From positions 214,274,001 to 214,338,000 of the forward strand of contig NC_086097.1 of the NCBI RefSeq assembly GCF_963921235.1: DNA of 64,000 bases, written 5' to 3'. Positions 12,770-24,879 of this stretch are shown one piece after another. This DNA is from Mobula hypostoma. Its lineage: Eukaryota. The stretch's first letter is position 1, and each line of letters opens with the position of its first letter. The translations under genes were made by a program, and so were the position numbers. The notes under the pieces are model-generated. The model made no database searches, was not told the DNA's origin, and worked only from the letters and a program-made list of their open reading frames with translations.

Positions 12770-13065
12770 AGAATAGTGGAATATAATTCTAGAAGGCATC
12801 GATTTAAGGTGAGAGGAAAAACATTTTAAGGGAATCTGAGGAAAAGTTTTTTAACAGAGGACAATGGAAATATGGATGAACTGCCAGAGGGAGTGGTAGC
12901 GGCGGTTTCAATTGCAACATTTAAAATACATTTGAACAGGTTTATGGATAGGAAGGGTCTGAGGGTTTAGGCCAAATGTAGGCAAATGGGACTAGCTCAG
13001 TTAGACAACCAAGTCAACATGGTGGAGTTGGGAAAACTGGCCTGTATGACTATGCTCTATGACTA
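12770..13065 (+). mobile_element. CR1 3' end fragment
   Basis: Degenerate RRHRFKVRG..ELPEGVV and CR1 3' UTR with ctatga-type tail. Confidence 0.7.
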
Positions 13066-13261
13066 GACACTTACAGAAAATGCATTCTCAGTGTGTGGGC
13101 TCGTAAATTCAAGTATTAAATTTAGTGATTACTTGTTTATCTTTGTTCTCTAGCAGCATGACCTGGCTAGGTTTCCAGTTTTGATTATCTGAAAAGATAA
13201 AGAGAAAGAAATAAGGGTAGGGATTTGGTGAGAGGAGGGAGGATAGAGAAAGAATGAAATA

Positions 13262-13895
13262 TATAGACCATAAGAAATAGGAGCAGAATTAGGCTATTCA
13301 GCCCATTGAACCTATTCTGTCATTTCATCATGGTTGATTCATCTCCCTCTCAGCCCCATTCTCTTGCCTTCTCCCAATAACCTTTCATGCCCTAACAACT
13401 CAAGAATCTATTAACATCCACCTTAAATGTACCCAGTTACCTGGCCTCCACAGCTGTCCTTGGCAAAGAATTCCACAGATTCACCACTCTCTAGCTAAAG
13501 AAATTCCTCCTCATCTCTGTTCTAAATGGAAGTCCCTCTGTTTTGAAGCGGTGCCCCCTGGTCCTGGACTCCCCCACCGAAGGAAACATCCACTCTAACT
13601 AGGTCCTTCGACACTCAATTGGCTTCAATGAGATCCTCCCTCATTCTTTTAAATTCCACCAAGTACAGGCCCAAAAGATTCAAAAGCTGCTCATATGATA
13701 ACCCTTTCATTCCTGGAATCATTCTCGTGAAGCTCCTCTGAACCCTCTCCAAAGTCAGCACATCCTTTCTTAGATATGGGGCCCAAAATTGCCCATAAAA
13801 TACCAAATGAGGCCTCACCACTATCTTGCAACAGCCCCAGCATTATGTCCTTGCTTTTATATTCTAGTCCTCTTGAAAGGAAAGTTAACATTATA
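13262..13895 (-). mobile_element. CR1 3' fragment
   Basis: VRPHLVFYGQFWAPYLRKDVLTLERVQRSFTRMIPG. Confidence 0.9.
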
Positions 13896-13933
13896 TTCAT
13901 ATAAATTTAAATTCATATAAATTTCCATAGCAC

Positions 13934-14251
13934 CTTCAAAGTAAAGGCATCCGTAGTCTTGCGGGACCATGGATCTGCGCCTGGAAAGTCTTCACTCTCC
14001 AGGGCGCAGGCCTGGGCAGGGTTGAATGGAAGACCAGCAGTTGCCCATGCTGCAAGTCTCCCCTCTCCATACCACTGATGTTGTCCAAGGGAAGGGCATT
14101 AGGACCCATACAGCTTGGCACTGGTGTCATTGCAGAGCAATGAGTGATTAAGTGCCTTGCTCAAGGATACAACACGTTGCCTTGGCTGGGGCTCGAACTC
14201 ATGACCTTCAGGTCGCTAGTCCAATGCCTTAACTAATTGGCCACGTGCCCA
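13934..14251 (-). mobile_element. tRNA-derived SINE
   Basis: Pol III A box tggccaattagttaagg and B box gagttcgagcc (14190-14200); central tccttgagcaaggcacttaa motif; 3' stem-loop 13977-14007; TSD catagcac (13926-13933) / catggcac (14252-14259). Confidence 0.85.
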
Positions 14252-14264
14252 CATGGCACACCAA

Positions 14265-14620
14265 AAACACTGTGGCCAATGAGCTTCTTTGAAGTATAAT
14301 CACTATTTTAATGTGAGAAACTTCAGAGCTAATTTATGCACTAGGGTCTCACTAATAGCAAAGCAAACGCAATAAATTTATTTCCTTTTATATTGGCTGA
14401 GGGATAACTATTGGGTACAAGACTAGATGTAGCTCCCAACGTTTTTCAGAATTGTCCTGTAGATTCTTTTATGTCTACCTTCACTGTATTTCAGGTCAGA
14501 ATGAGCCTCAGATCCCATGGTACATCACCTCCTCATTACTCTCTAGAGTTCAAGACTTGTTTTGCTGTGCTCATGCCCAGGAAGTGAAGTTGTGACTCAG
14601 AGATGGAACCACTACTTACT
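14265..14620 (-). mobile_element. Ancient Deu-domain SINE (SacSINE1/AmnSINE1-like), highly diverged
   Basis: Recognisable blocks gccaatgagcttctttgaagt, ttggctgagggataactattgg, gattcttttatgtctacct, tgactcagag in the expected order. Confidence 0.55.
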
Positions 14621-15112
14621 AAGTAAATTAGAAGAGTTGTAGAAGGAAAACTGGAGTGTGAGAAAGATTAGTTTGGAATATGCTGCCATCTTCATTTCCA
14701 CCCTAGTGCTGGCTGAGCCTCGGCGGTAACTGCTTCAATACCGTCTCTTTGTGTCTTGCATCCATGGCTGTTGCCTACAGGTAAACTACTGCAGCATTCA
14801 ACTGTGTGTCACCTTATGTCAGGAAAGGATGTGACATGATGAATGAGATGTAGATGTAAAGTTTGCAGCAGTGTTCATTGTGAGAGTGAACCTGGGAATC
14901 TAGAGTACGAGACCTGACTGACTGTTAACTATTGTTGGTAAGTTGGTGTTGGTGATGTGGTGTAAAGAGCTGTGATTGAGACTAGTGATATGACTACTGG
15001 GATGTCATTTGAAGATGCTTTCACCTACTGTAGTTTGACCACTTGAAAGGTTGTTGAACTTCATAACATTGCATTAAGTTCATTGGGATTGAGTCTTCGT
15101 AACAGTAATTGT

Positions 15113-15528
15113 CCTCCAAGAGGACCACAAACTTGTCATCGGGCTTGGAGGCTGCATGCCTCAATGACCCAGAGAGCTATGCTGGCTGGAATCAGGGCTT
15201 TATGTTTTGGCTTTTGGTATACCCATGCCAAGCAGGTCAAAGGGTAAATGCCAGACTAAGAGTGGTCCATTGATCCTCCAGGTTTTGGGGTTCAGCTCAG
15301 TGTTAACAAGTCTGAATGGTCAAACAAAAGTGTTACTGGAAACAGCCATGAAGAATCCTTCTGCATCTGAGTGTGACAGTATTCCTGAGTCTTCACACAG
15401 GACTTACATGACTGACAGTAAACCAAGAGGAAGCTAATGACATGATGAAGAAAGCAGTGAACACCGCCAGAGAGGGAGGACTTTCATTGCTGCCCTAATA
15501 CCAGCAGGATAACGGGCAAAAGAAGAAG
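15113..15528 (+). mobile_element. Bipartite RTE-derived SINE, copy 2
   Basis: Same start cctccaagaggaccaca as copy 1; (aag)n tail; TSD aacagtaattgt (15101-15112) / aacagtaactat (15529-15540). Confidence 0.8.
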
Positions 15529-16884
15529 AACAGTAACTATGCTTATCTGGTCCTATTTTGCCGAGCTTGTCAGGAGGGTCTCCTGGACCTCAGTGGTAGA
15601 GTACAATTCCTCTTGGCTTAATGAGCCAAAGTGTCCAGAGCAACATCAGAAAATCTTCATGTCAGTCTTCCTCCATGTTGAGCAATTCTTCACAATTCTC
15701 CAGGAAGGAAAAAGCTTGAGCCACAGTTCTGAATGGCTTTATTAATGCTAGTGCATTATCCTCCAGCTGAGGTGTGAAGCTATTTAACACTGCAGTTGGC
15801 GCTGGTTGCAGTCACATAAATGAGGATCCAGCTCAAGGTTAAAGTGGTGCCGGTTAGTAGCAACAGGCATGCTTTAATAATACAGAGATTCAGAAACATC
15901 TTTGGAGAAAAATTACTTTTTATATGAAATCATTCTCTCAGTTGTCTTGATGGAACTAACATCACATGGAAAACATAAAACGTACCATCAGAAAGGAATC
16001 TTATAGCATCAGCAACAATAGCTTCTACTTTACTGGCTTTACAGAAGCTTTAGGGTTTTAAATTATCTGATCATGTCTTCTGATAGGTGTTTGGATTTAT
16101 TTCCAGATCTTTCTGTCACCCACAGATTTCTAGGCTGTACCACCATCACATCTGAAATCTTTCACTTGTGGCGAAAACATCAGAATAAAAGGGAGCTGAT
16201 TTAAAAGTATGTTTGCATTGCAATTGCATTTTACAGAAACTTAAATAAATTCTCTGATTTCATTTTCATCCTAAGAAGCACACTTTCATTTGAAATCCTT
16301 TCTAGTGTGATAGTTCATTAGAGGTATTTATTTAATATAAAATAGGACAGCCACTATCTTCATTAGAGCACAAGTATTGGCAATGGGAAATAGATTTTCT
16401 TTCATTGTTAATATTCAGTGTATCAGTTAATGCAGGATTTACATTAAAGGTCTTTACATCTAATGGAACTAAATTTTAAGCATTTATTTTCCACTTTATC
16501 CGTCTAATTTTCTGTATGATGGCCAGAGTAATTTCTACCATGTTAATGAATGAGTAGCAAACAAATTTAAATGTATAATTAATTCATAGTGTTAAATTTC
16601 CATTCTTGAACCCAGTTGAGGACAGTAATGCATTGTTCCCATTTGGAGGCATATCTTTACATATCTTTACAGATGAATGCTCGTAAAACCTGCATCTGTG
16701 ATCATTATTCAAACATGTAATTGGCTGCTAACATGATAACTCAATGTGTAAGGTAATTATCTACTTGACTCCAACTCTATCAAGGCTTTGTAGTAAGGAT
16801 GAGCCACAGGCCTAGATACTAAATGATTATTTATGCTAAAGAGATTAAGGGATTTAAGCAACAATTAAGCAAGAAAAATAATAC

Positions 16885-17110
16885 TGGTGTCAGTGTTGTG
16901 TCACAGTCTCAGCTCTAAGCAACAGAATTGTGAATCCAAGTTCAACCAAGGAGCATTTGAGCTGAAAAATCTAGGTTTGCACTTCTGTTTAGTAATGAGG
17001 TATTGCTGCACTTTCTTTCAGATAGGACATTAAATCATTACCAATCAGCCATTAAAAAAAAACAAGGAAAACTATTCCTGGTGTCAAGAAATCAATATTA
17101 TCTGTGTGGT
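16885..17110 (+). mobile_element. Ancient Deu-domain SINE remnant
   Basis: aaaatctaggtttgcacttc, agtaatgaggtattgctgcact, ctttcagataggacattaaa, ttcctggtgtc blocks; antisense counterpart of 14265-14620. Confidence 0.5.
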
Positions 17111-17541
17111 CATTGTTTCTTTGACACTGCATCTTAATGTACACCATAGGTATTTGTCAGATGAAGTTAGCATATAGTACCACGTATTTTTAGGGCAGTC
17201 CTCCATCCAAATGCTATTTAGCCTTGAGCTGTGCAGCTTCTAAAATCGGACAGGATCAGCTTTCCCGAGAAGTGCCAGCAAGCATTCCAGCAGAACAGGC
17301 AATATGCATCCTCAACATTACTAAAACACATTTACCAAGAAGTTGTATTACACTTTGTTTTTTTGTGCACTAAAATATTGTTGCGTTTAGAGCTGGCAGC
17401 AGATTGGGTTCCCTCAAAATACTGTAAAGTTGATTAAAAATAATTTTAAACAGCATAATAATAATCAGATCAAGATATGGTTATGTGCAATACTCTTAAC
17501 AGCTGTGACTACTATGCTGACTAGCCATCATGTATATTGAG

Positions 17542-17731
17542 GGCAACACACACAAAATGCTGTAGGAACTCAGCAGGCCAGGCAGCAACTAGGAAAAGAG
17601 TACAGTCAACATTTTGTCCTGAAACATCAACTGTAATATTTTCCTAGATGCTGCCTGGCCTGCCGAGTTCCTCCAGCATTTTGTGTGTGTTTCTCGGGTT
17701 TCCAGCATCTGCAGATTTTCCCTTGTTTGTG
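17542..17731. mobile_element. Fold-back pair of Penelope pseudo-LTR 3' ends
   Basis: aacacacacaaaatgctgtaggaactcagcaggccaggcagca ... tgctgcctggcctgccgagttcctccagcattttgtgtgtgtt inverted repeat; same sequence ends the Penelope at 28265. Confidence 0.85.
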
Positions 17732-19541
17732 TTTGGGTCTACACTGAGGGGGTTGAAGATGGCAAATGACATTTAGAGCTACAGAATGGAGCTGGTCAGA
17801 AGAAGAAGTATTTTTTGCAAGGTCAATGCTGTTTACACAATTGATCACTCAGAGTAAGTCCAGAGATTTGGTAACACGTTATTTAAATTCGGGAATCAGA
17901 GAATCATTCATTGAAATGTTACATTCAGTACAGGTGGATTTGCACAGCATGATGTGAGAGTTGACTGGGTCCTCCTGGCTTATCGCTTGCTTATTTTGTT
18001 TCATCTGGGAGTTGTAGAGTGGAGAAGATCACTTGGTTTTCATTGGGAGCTGTAAGTTTGCAGGTTTCTTGTAGAATTTCTCTATCCTTCAGGAGCTCCA
18101 TATTTCACGTGGAGTTAGAATTATATTGCCAACTCCACTCTTTTGGGTAAGAGGCTTTGGATGCCGAGATTTCCCTAGTAGCTGAATAATCATTCTTAAT
18201 ACCCTCAGTTATTAACAGAGGATGTATCACATCCAGTTATTAATGAATACCAGGACTATTTATAATTATTATTGGCCTAAAATGCTTTAAAATGTGTCAG
18301 AGAATTTGTGTAAAGTTGGACTTTACAAGTCAGGTCATTCATAATTGGTGCGAGACCCTGTATCTGGTTTAATTTTATACGGATACAGTATTGTTTCCAA
18401 GGCTATGATGAGAATAAATATTTTACATGAAGTTTCCTTGAGAAGAAATGACTTTTATTTCAGGGCTACCAAGATAGATCTACAAAGGCTATACCTCTGG
18501 GATAAGTTCACCAATTGCTTTTGTCAGTATAATTAATCATGGTAATGAAGGTATTGAAGGACACAGGCTATGTAGCTGTTCGAGACAACTCAATGATGAA
18601 GATTAAACTTTCTCGAATTACCAGAATCATAACTGAAGGACATCAAATAAAAAGCTTCCTAATTCAGTAGGTAGTACACGACAGACTCATAGATGCTGCT
18701 CTGCAATCTGGTAGTTACTGAATGCCTCTGTCAGTGTCGTGGGAATTGCAGCTCATCAGTAATATTTTTCTTGTTATGGGAATTGAATGCAGATGTTCCT
18801 GCATCACCCATATGCTACAGAATGCTTTGCATCAACGGGTATCTCTTTAGCAGGGTAGCACAGAAAGTCAATTAGCCTCAAACATTTTCATATTCGTTGT
18901 CTCTTTTGAGAGATTGCAGAGCCTCCATATGTGTTTGATGTTCTGTATGATGTCCTCATTAATGTAGGATCTTTGGAATCATGGTCTTCATAGTTTACAA
19001 GCAATGATTAATATCTTATGAGCCTCAAATTAAGAACAGGATCTTTAAATGTTATTGTGTCCTTTAACTCACCCAGCAGCTATTAATCACCTAAGTTATT
19101 TAATGCACCATTTGTTGGTGAGTGCTAATAATGGGGTTGTTTGTCTGAATGGGAGAAAGGTGATTGTTACTTAATGCTGGAAGTCAAGGTAATTTATCTT
19201 CTCTATTTTCTTATTCAGCATGACTACTTGCTTCTTTGAAAAACAAACAGAATTACTGTATTGTCATTATACCTCTAATAGAACAGTTTTATTAATTTTG
19301 GGCACCTTTATTCAATACGAGCAATAGTTAAACTTTTGTTCTTTATCTTACGTTATCTTCCACTACATCATGTTTTTGTGCTCTGAGTAACCCCTCCACA
19401 GCTGCAGGATTGATATATTTTCCAAATTTCCTCAAGGTATATGCCAGTAGTCATCTAATGTTCTCACGTACTACGGACAGCTTTATCCTGTATAAAGTGA
19501 ATGGTTATATTTGCATTTAACTTTTCTACACTTTTCTTTAG

Positions 19542-19664
19542 AAATCTGGATGATATGCATCTCTTGAGGAAGAAGACTGGCAGATAGATGAAAAATGTGA
19601 AATGTACTATGGCGTAGAGAAGACAGCTGTGGATTTGCAACGGGGAAGGCAAAGAGACATCCAG
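19542..19664 (+). other. Candidate internal exon (123 bp), coding status unknown
   Basis: Branch-like tttaac, pyrimidine tract ttttctacacttttctttAG, purine-rich body, donor CAG/GTGACT; no partner exons identified. Confidence 0.3.
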
Positions 19665-20961
19665 GTGACTGAGTTAGTGTCATTTTCTCTGTAATGATAT
19701 AGAGTTAATTATACAGTGCATAGATACCACAGTACTTATCTTTGCCCTTGACAGATAATTAAACTCTGTATGGCATTGTAGCTGTATCCTTGGTTTCAAA
19801 TTCAATCACAGCCTCAATCCAGCTTGTCCAGAGTAATCTCAAAGGCCAATCCTGCTTTATCCTCCAAGTTATGACTGCCACCATATGGAAGGGAAAGAAT
19901 GACATATGCAAGGAATAACTTAACAACCAAGTCACAGACTACTGTTTCCTGACTCGAAATATACAGGAAAGCAGCTTTGCTCCTTTATCTCATAGGGCCC
20001 TAGCTCTCCCTATGTAACAACACTGAGAGTACCTTGGCAAGAGATAAATGTGCCCATCACCACCAGCTCAAGGGCAACTAAAGATGGGTAACAAATACCA
20101 GTCTTGCTTGTAATGTATGCAGCTGGAATATCAATAAGTTCCAATTTATTGGAAAGTTAGCAGCCCTTCCTTTTCTCCTCAAATATGATCTCTTTAAAAG
20201 CAAAAGATGTTTTTTTTTATATTTAGCTCTGCCTGATGCACACAAATGATTTTCTTCCTCCACTTTACAATCTTTTTGCTGGAAAAATAAAAGAGTTTTG
20301 AAATTAGCTGCCTGCAACACAAACACATGTTAATTAGGTATTCAGAACACTTTAGGTGCATTAGATCACTTTTGTAGAGCTGGAATTGACCACAGCAGGA
20401 AGAGATTTTCTGCTTTAGGAAGATGTCACCTGAAGCGAGCGAATGGTTGTATAATAGTGAGGTACAATAATAAACAGAAACAATCTTGACTGGGAAAAAC
20501 ATTTTGAGTTTACCTGCACAGAACGGTGAATGCACAGCATGTGTTCCCAGCAGAAGTAGCAAACACATTTATTTATATATATACTCAAAGCAAGATTAGG
20601 AAAGAATTTGAAAATGCATTCCAGACTTTCTATAATGCAAATCATAACTTGTAATTTCTTTTTAAAAGTACTGTATTGTTATTCAGAGTCCTATCCAAAA
20701 GTTGTGGTGACACTTTAAATATACAAATGGAGCCTACAATCAATTACATGCTACAACAATATAAAAACTGGACTGAATCAGGAAGCATGAACTTAAATAA
20801 ACTTGGGTACCTATAAAACAACTTAGAAATTAGTAACACCACACTGCAATGTGCAATAATCTCTAGTCTTCCAGGATCAACTTTCCTCCATAATGTAAAA
20901 TGTGATTTCTCAGTTGTCTTTTATGCAATCTCTTGGTGATAAAGATATGAAAATACTTTAA

Positions 20962-21530
20962 TATAAGACCATGAGACATAGGAGCAGAATTAGACCATTC
21001 GGCCCATTGAGTCTGCTTCGCCATTCCATCGTGACTGATTTATTATCCCTCTCAATCCCATTCTCCAGCCTTTGCACCGCAACCTTTCACACCCTGACTA
21101 ATCAAGAACCTGTCAACCTTCCCTTTAAATACATCCAATCATTTGGCCTCCAGACGTCTGTGGCGATGCATTTCACAGATTCACCACCCTCAATGAAATC
21201 CCTCCTCATTCTTCTAAACTTCAGCGAGTACAGGCCCAGAGCCATTAAATGCTTCTCATTTGTTAATCCTTTCATTCCTAGAATCATTCTCGTGAGCCTC
21301 CTCTGAAACCTTTCCAAACCCTGCACATCTTTTCATAGATAAGGGGCTCAAAACTGCGCACAACACTCCCAAGTATGGTCTGACCAATACCTTTTAAAAC
21401 CTCAATATTACATCATTGCTTTTATATTCTAGTCCTCTCAAAACGACTGAATGTTAACATTGCATTTGCCTTCCTTACCACTTGACTCGACCTGCATGTT
21501 AACCTTCAGGGTATCCTGCATAAGAACTCC
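20962..21530 (-). mobile_element. CR1 3' fragment
   Basis: QGLERFQRRLTRMILGMKGL..LGLYSLKFRRMRRDFIE; same subfamily tail as 13262. Confidence 0.85.
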
Positions 21531-22129
21531 AATGTTCAAAGATCAAAGTTCAAAGTAAATGTATTGTCAAAGTACATACCTGTCACCATATACAACCCTG
21601 TGACTTGTTTTCTTGTGGGCATACTCAATAAATTCAAAAAATAATAACCATAACAAAGTCAATGAAAGACGTGGGCATTCAACCAGTGTGTAAATACAAA
21701 AAGAAATAATAATAATAAATAACTAAGCAATAAATATGGAGAACATGAGATGAAGGGTCTTTGTAAGTGAGTCCATTGCTTGTGGGAATAATTCAATGAT
21801 GGGGCAAGTGAAGAGAGCCTGATGGTTGAGAGGTAATAACTCTTCCTGAACCTAGTGGTGTGAATCCGAGGCTCGTGTAACTTCTTCCTGGTGCCAGCAA
21901 CGAGAAGGGAGCATGTCCTTGGTGGTGGGGTTCCCTGATGATGGATGCTGCTTTCCAGCAAAAATGTTTCATGTGAATGTGCTCAGGGGTGGAGAGGGCT
22001 TGACCTGTGATGGACTGGACTGTATCCACTACTTTTTGTAGGCTTTTCCGTTCAAGGGTGTTGATGTTTCTACACCAGGTTGTGATGCAGCCAGTCAATA
22101 TACTCTCCGTCACACGTCTATAGAAGTTT

Positions 22130-22392
22130 CACCTCCTCCTTTCCTTTCTCCTATGGTCCACTCCCCTCTCATATCAGATTTCTTTCTCTCCAGACCTTTA
22201 TCTTTCCCACTCACCTGCTTTACCTATCACCTTCTAGCTATCCTCCTTCCCTCACCCACTTTTTTATTCCAGCATCTTCCCTCTTCCTTTCCAGTCCTGA
22301 AGAGGGGTCTCGGCCTGAAAAGTCAACTGTTTATTCATTTCAATAGACGTTGCCTGACCTGCTGAGTGTCTCCAGCATTTTGTGTGTGTTTG
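22130..22392 (+). mobile_element. Penelope pseudo-LTR with degenerate hammerhead
   Basis: Pyrimidine-rich pLTR, cagtcctgaagaggggtctcggcctgaaaagtcaactg, terminal cctgctgagtgtctccagcattttgtgtg. Confidence 0.8.
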
Positions 22393-23022
22393 CAGTATAT
22401 AAAAGTTTGTGAAAGTTTTAGATGTCGTGATGAATCTGTGTAATCTCCTAAGGAAGTAGAACTGCTGTTGTGCTTTTTCATAATTGCACTTATGGATCCT
22501 CCAAATTAAAAAGACTAAGGAATTTGAAGTTATTTATCCCCTCCACCTCTGATCCTCTGATGATAACCAACTCATGGACCTTCGGTTCCTTCTCCTGTAG
22601 TTAATAATCAGTTAATTGGTCTTGTTGGCATTGAGGAAGAGGTTGTTGTTATGCACCACTCAGCTAGATTTACAATCTTCCTCATATATGTTGATTCATC
22701 ACCACCTTTGATTTGGCCTACAACAGTAGTGTCATCAGCAAACTTGAATATGACATTGGAGCTGTGCTTAGCCATGCAACCATAAGTGTAAAGCTAGTAG
22801 AGCAGGGGGCTAAGCACACAGCCTTGTTATACATCTGTGCTGGTAGAGATTGTGGAGGAGATGTTGTTGCCAATCTGAACTGACTGGGGTCTTCAAGCAA
22901 GAAAATCAAGGATCCAATTGCACAAGGAGATATTCGGACCAAGGTGTTGGAGCTTAATGATTAGTTCTGAGCAGACAATACCGTTGAATGCTGAGCTGCA
23001 CTTGATAAAAAGTATCCTGATG

Positions 23023-23305
23023 TCATAGAGTCATAGAGAAGTACAGCCCAGAAACAGTCTCATTGGCCCATCTAGTCCATGCCAAACTATTTAAACTGCC
23101 TACTCCTATCAATCTGCACTGGGACCAGAGCCCTCCATACCCCTACTATCCATGTACCTATCCAAACCTCTATCAAATCTCCTCTTAATCTTCTACATTC
23201 TAAAGAATACAGTCCTAGCCTATTCAATCTTCCTTTATAACTCAGGTCATCCAGAGCCAGCAACATGCTTGTAAATTTTCTCTGTACTCTTTCAACTTTG
23301 TTGAA
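23023..23305 (-). mobile_element. CR1 3' fragment
   Basis: KVERVQRKFTSML..LGLYSLECRRLRGDLIEV. Confidence 0.85.
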
Positions 23306-24879
23306 ATAGTATGAATCTTTGCTATCCAGAAGTTCCAGGGTTGAGTGAAGAGCCATGGAAATGGCATCTGCTGTGGACTTCAATTGAATTGAATTGACTT
23401 TATTTCTTACATCCTTCACATACATGAGGAGTAAAAATCTTTACGTTACATCTCCGTCTAAATGTGCAATGTGCAATCATAGTGATTTATAATAAATAGA
23501 ACAGTCAATGTAATATGGAAATACACTCAAATCAGTGTGAGTTCATCAGTCTGATGGCCTGGTGGAAGAAGCTGCCCCAGAGCCTGTTAGTCCTGGCTTT
23601 CATCCTGTGGTACCATTTCCCAGATGGTAGCAGCTGGAATAGATTGTGGTTGGGGTGACTTGGGTCCCCAATGATCCTACGGGCCCTTTTTACACACCTG
23701 TCCTTGTAAATGTCCTGAATCATGGGAAGTTCACAACTACAGATACGCTGGGCTGTCTGCACCACTCTCCACAGAACTCTGTGATAAAGGGAGGTACAGT
23801 TCCCATACCAGGCAGTGATGCAGCCAGTTAGGATGCTCTCAATTGTGCCTCTGTTGAAAGTTATTAGGATTTCTCAATCGTCTGAGGTGAAAGAGGCGCT
23901 GTTGTGCCTTTTTCACCACACAGCTGGTGCGTACCGACCACATGAGATCCTCAGTGATGTGGATGTCGAGGAACATAAAGCTGTTTACCCTCTCAACCCC
24001 AAATCCATTGATGTTAATAGGAATTAGACCGTCTCTATTCCTCCTGTAATCCAGAACCAGCTCCTTTGTTTTTGCGACATTGAGGGAGAGGTTGTTTTCT
24101 TGACACCACTATGTCAGAGAAATAATTTCTTCCCTGTAGGCCACCTCATTATTGTTCGAGATTAGGCCAATCAATGTAGTGTCGTTGGCAAATTTAAATA
24201 GCAGATTAGAGCTGTAGGTGGCAACATAGTCATGGGTATACATGGAGTAGAGGAGGGGACTTAGTACATAGCCCTGAGGAACTCCTGTGTTGAGAGTCAG
24301 AAGGGTGGAGGTGAGGGAGCCCACTCTTACCACATGCTAGTGGCCAAGGTCTCTGAGTTACCTGTCGAGCCTGAATGGAGCCTTGTTGCTCTGGTAGGCA
24401 AATTGAAGCAGATCTAAGCCACTGTTCAGGCAGGGGTTGATATGTTTCATTATCAACCGCTCAAGACACCTAGTCACTGTGAATGTAAGTGCTATTGGCT
24501 ATAGACACTGAGACGGGTCACCACTCTCTTCTTAGGCACAAGTGAAATGTTAAAGAACTCAGTAAACACTCCCGCCAGTTTGTCGGCACAGGTCTTCAGT
24601 ACTTGCCCAGGTACTCCATCTGGGCCAGATGTTATTCATGGGTTCACTCTCTCGAGGGGTGCTTGCATGTCGGCCTCTGATACAGAAATCATAGGATCGT
24701 CAGGGTTGTGGGAGTTTGTGAAGGTTCCCCCATATTTTGACAGTCAAAGCAAGCATAGAAGGCATTGAGCTCATCTGGAAGCCAAGCCCTCCTGTTGCCT
24801 ATGTGACTTAATTTAACTTTATGAGGTGATGGTATTCAAACCCTGCCACAACTGATGAGCATCCTTCATTGACTCCCTT

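Noticed and set aside
14180..14251. tRNA gene
   Set aside because: A and B boxes present but it continues into a SINE body and is TSD-flanked; no complete acceptor stem
14690..14790. CpG-containing unique segment with a cag/gtaaac donor-like site
   Set aside because: Short frames only, no acceptor partner or recognisable product
15113..15300. HDV-like ribozyme
   Set aside because: A 7-bp G-started P1 is possible but P3/L3, P1.1 and the J4/2 catalytic C context could not be placed
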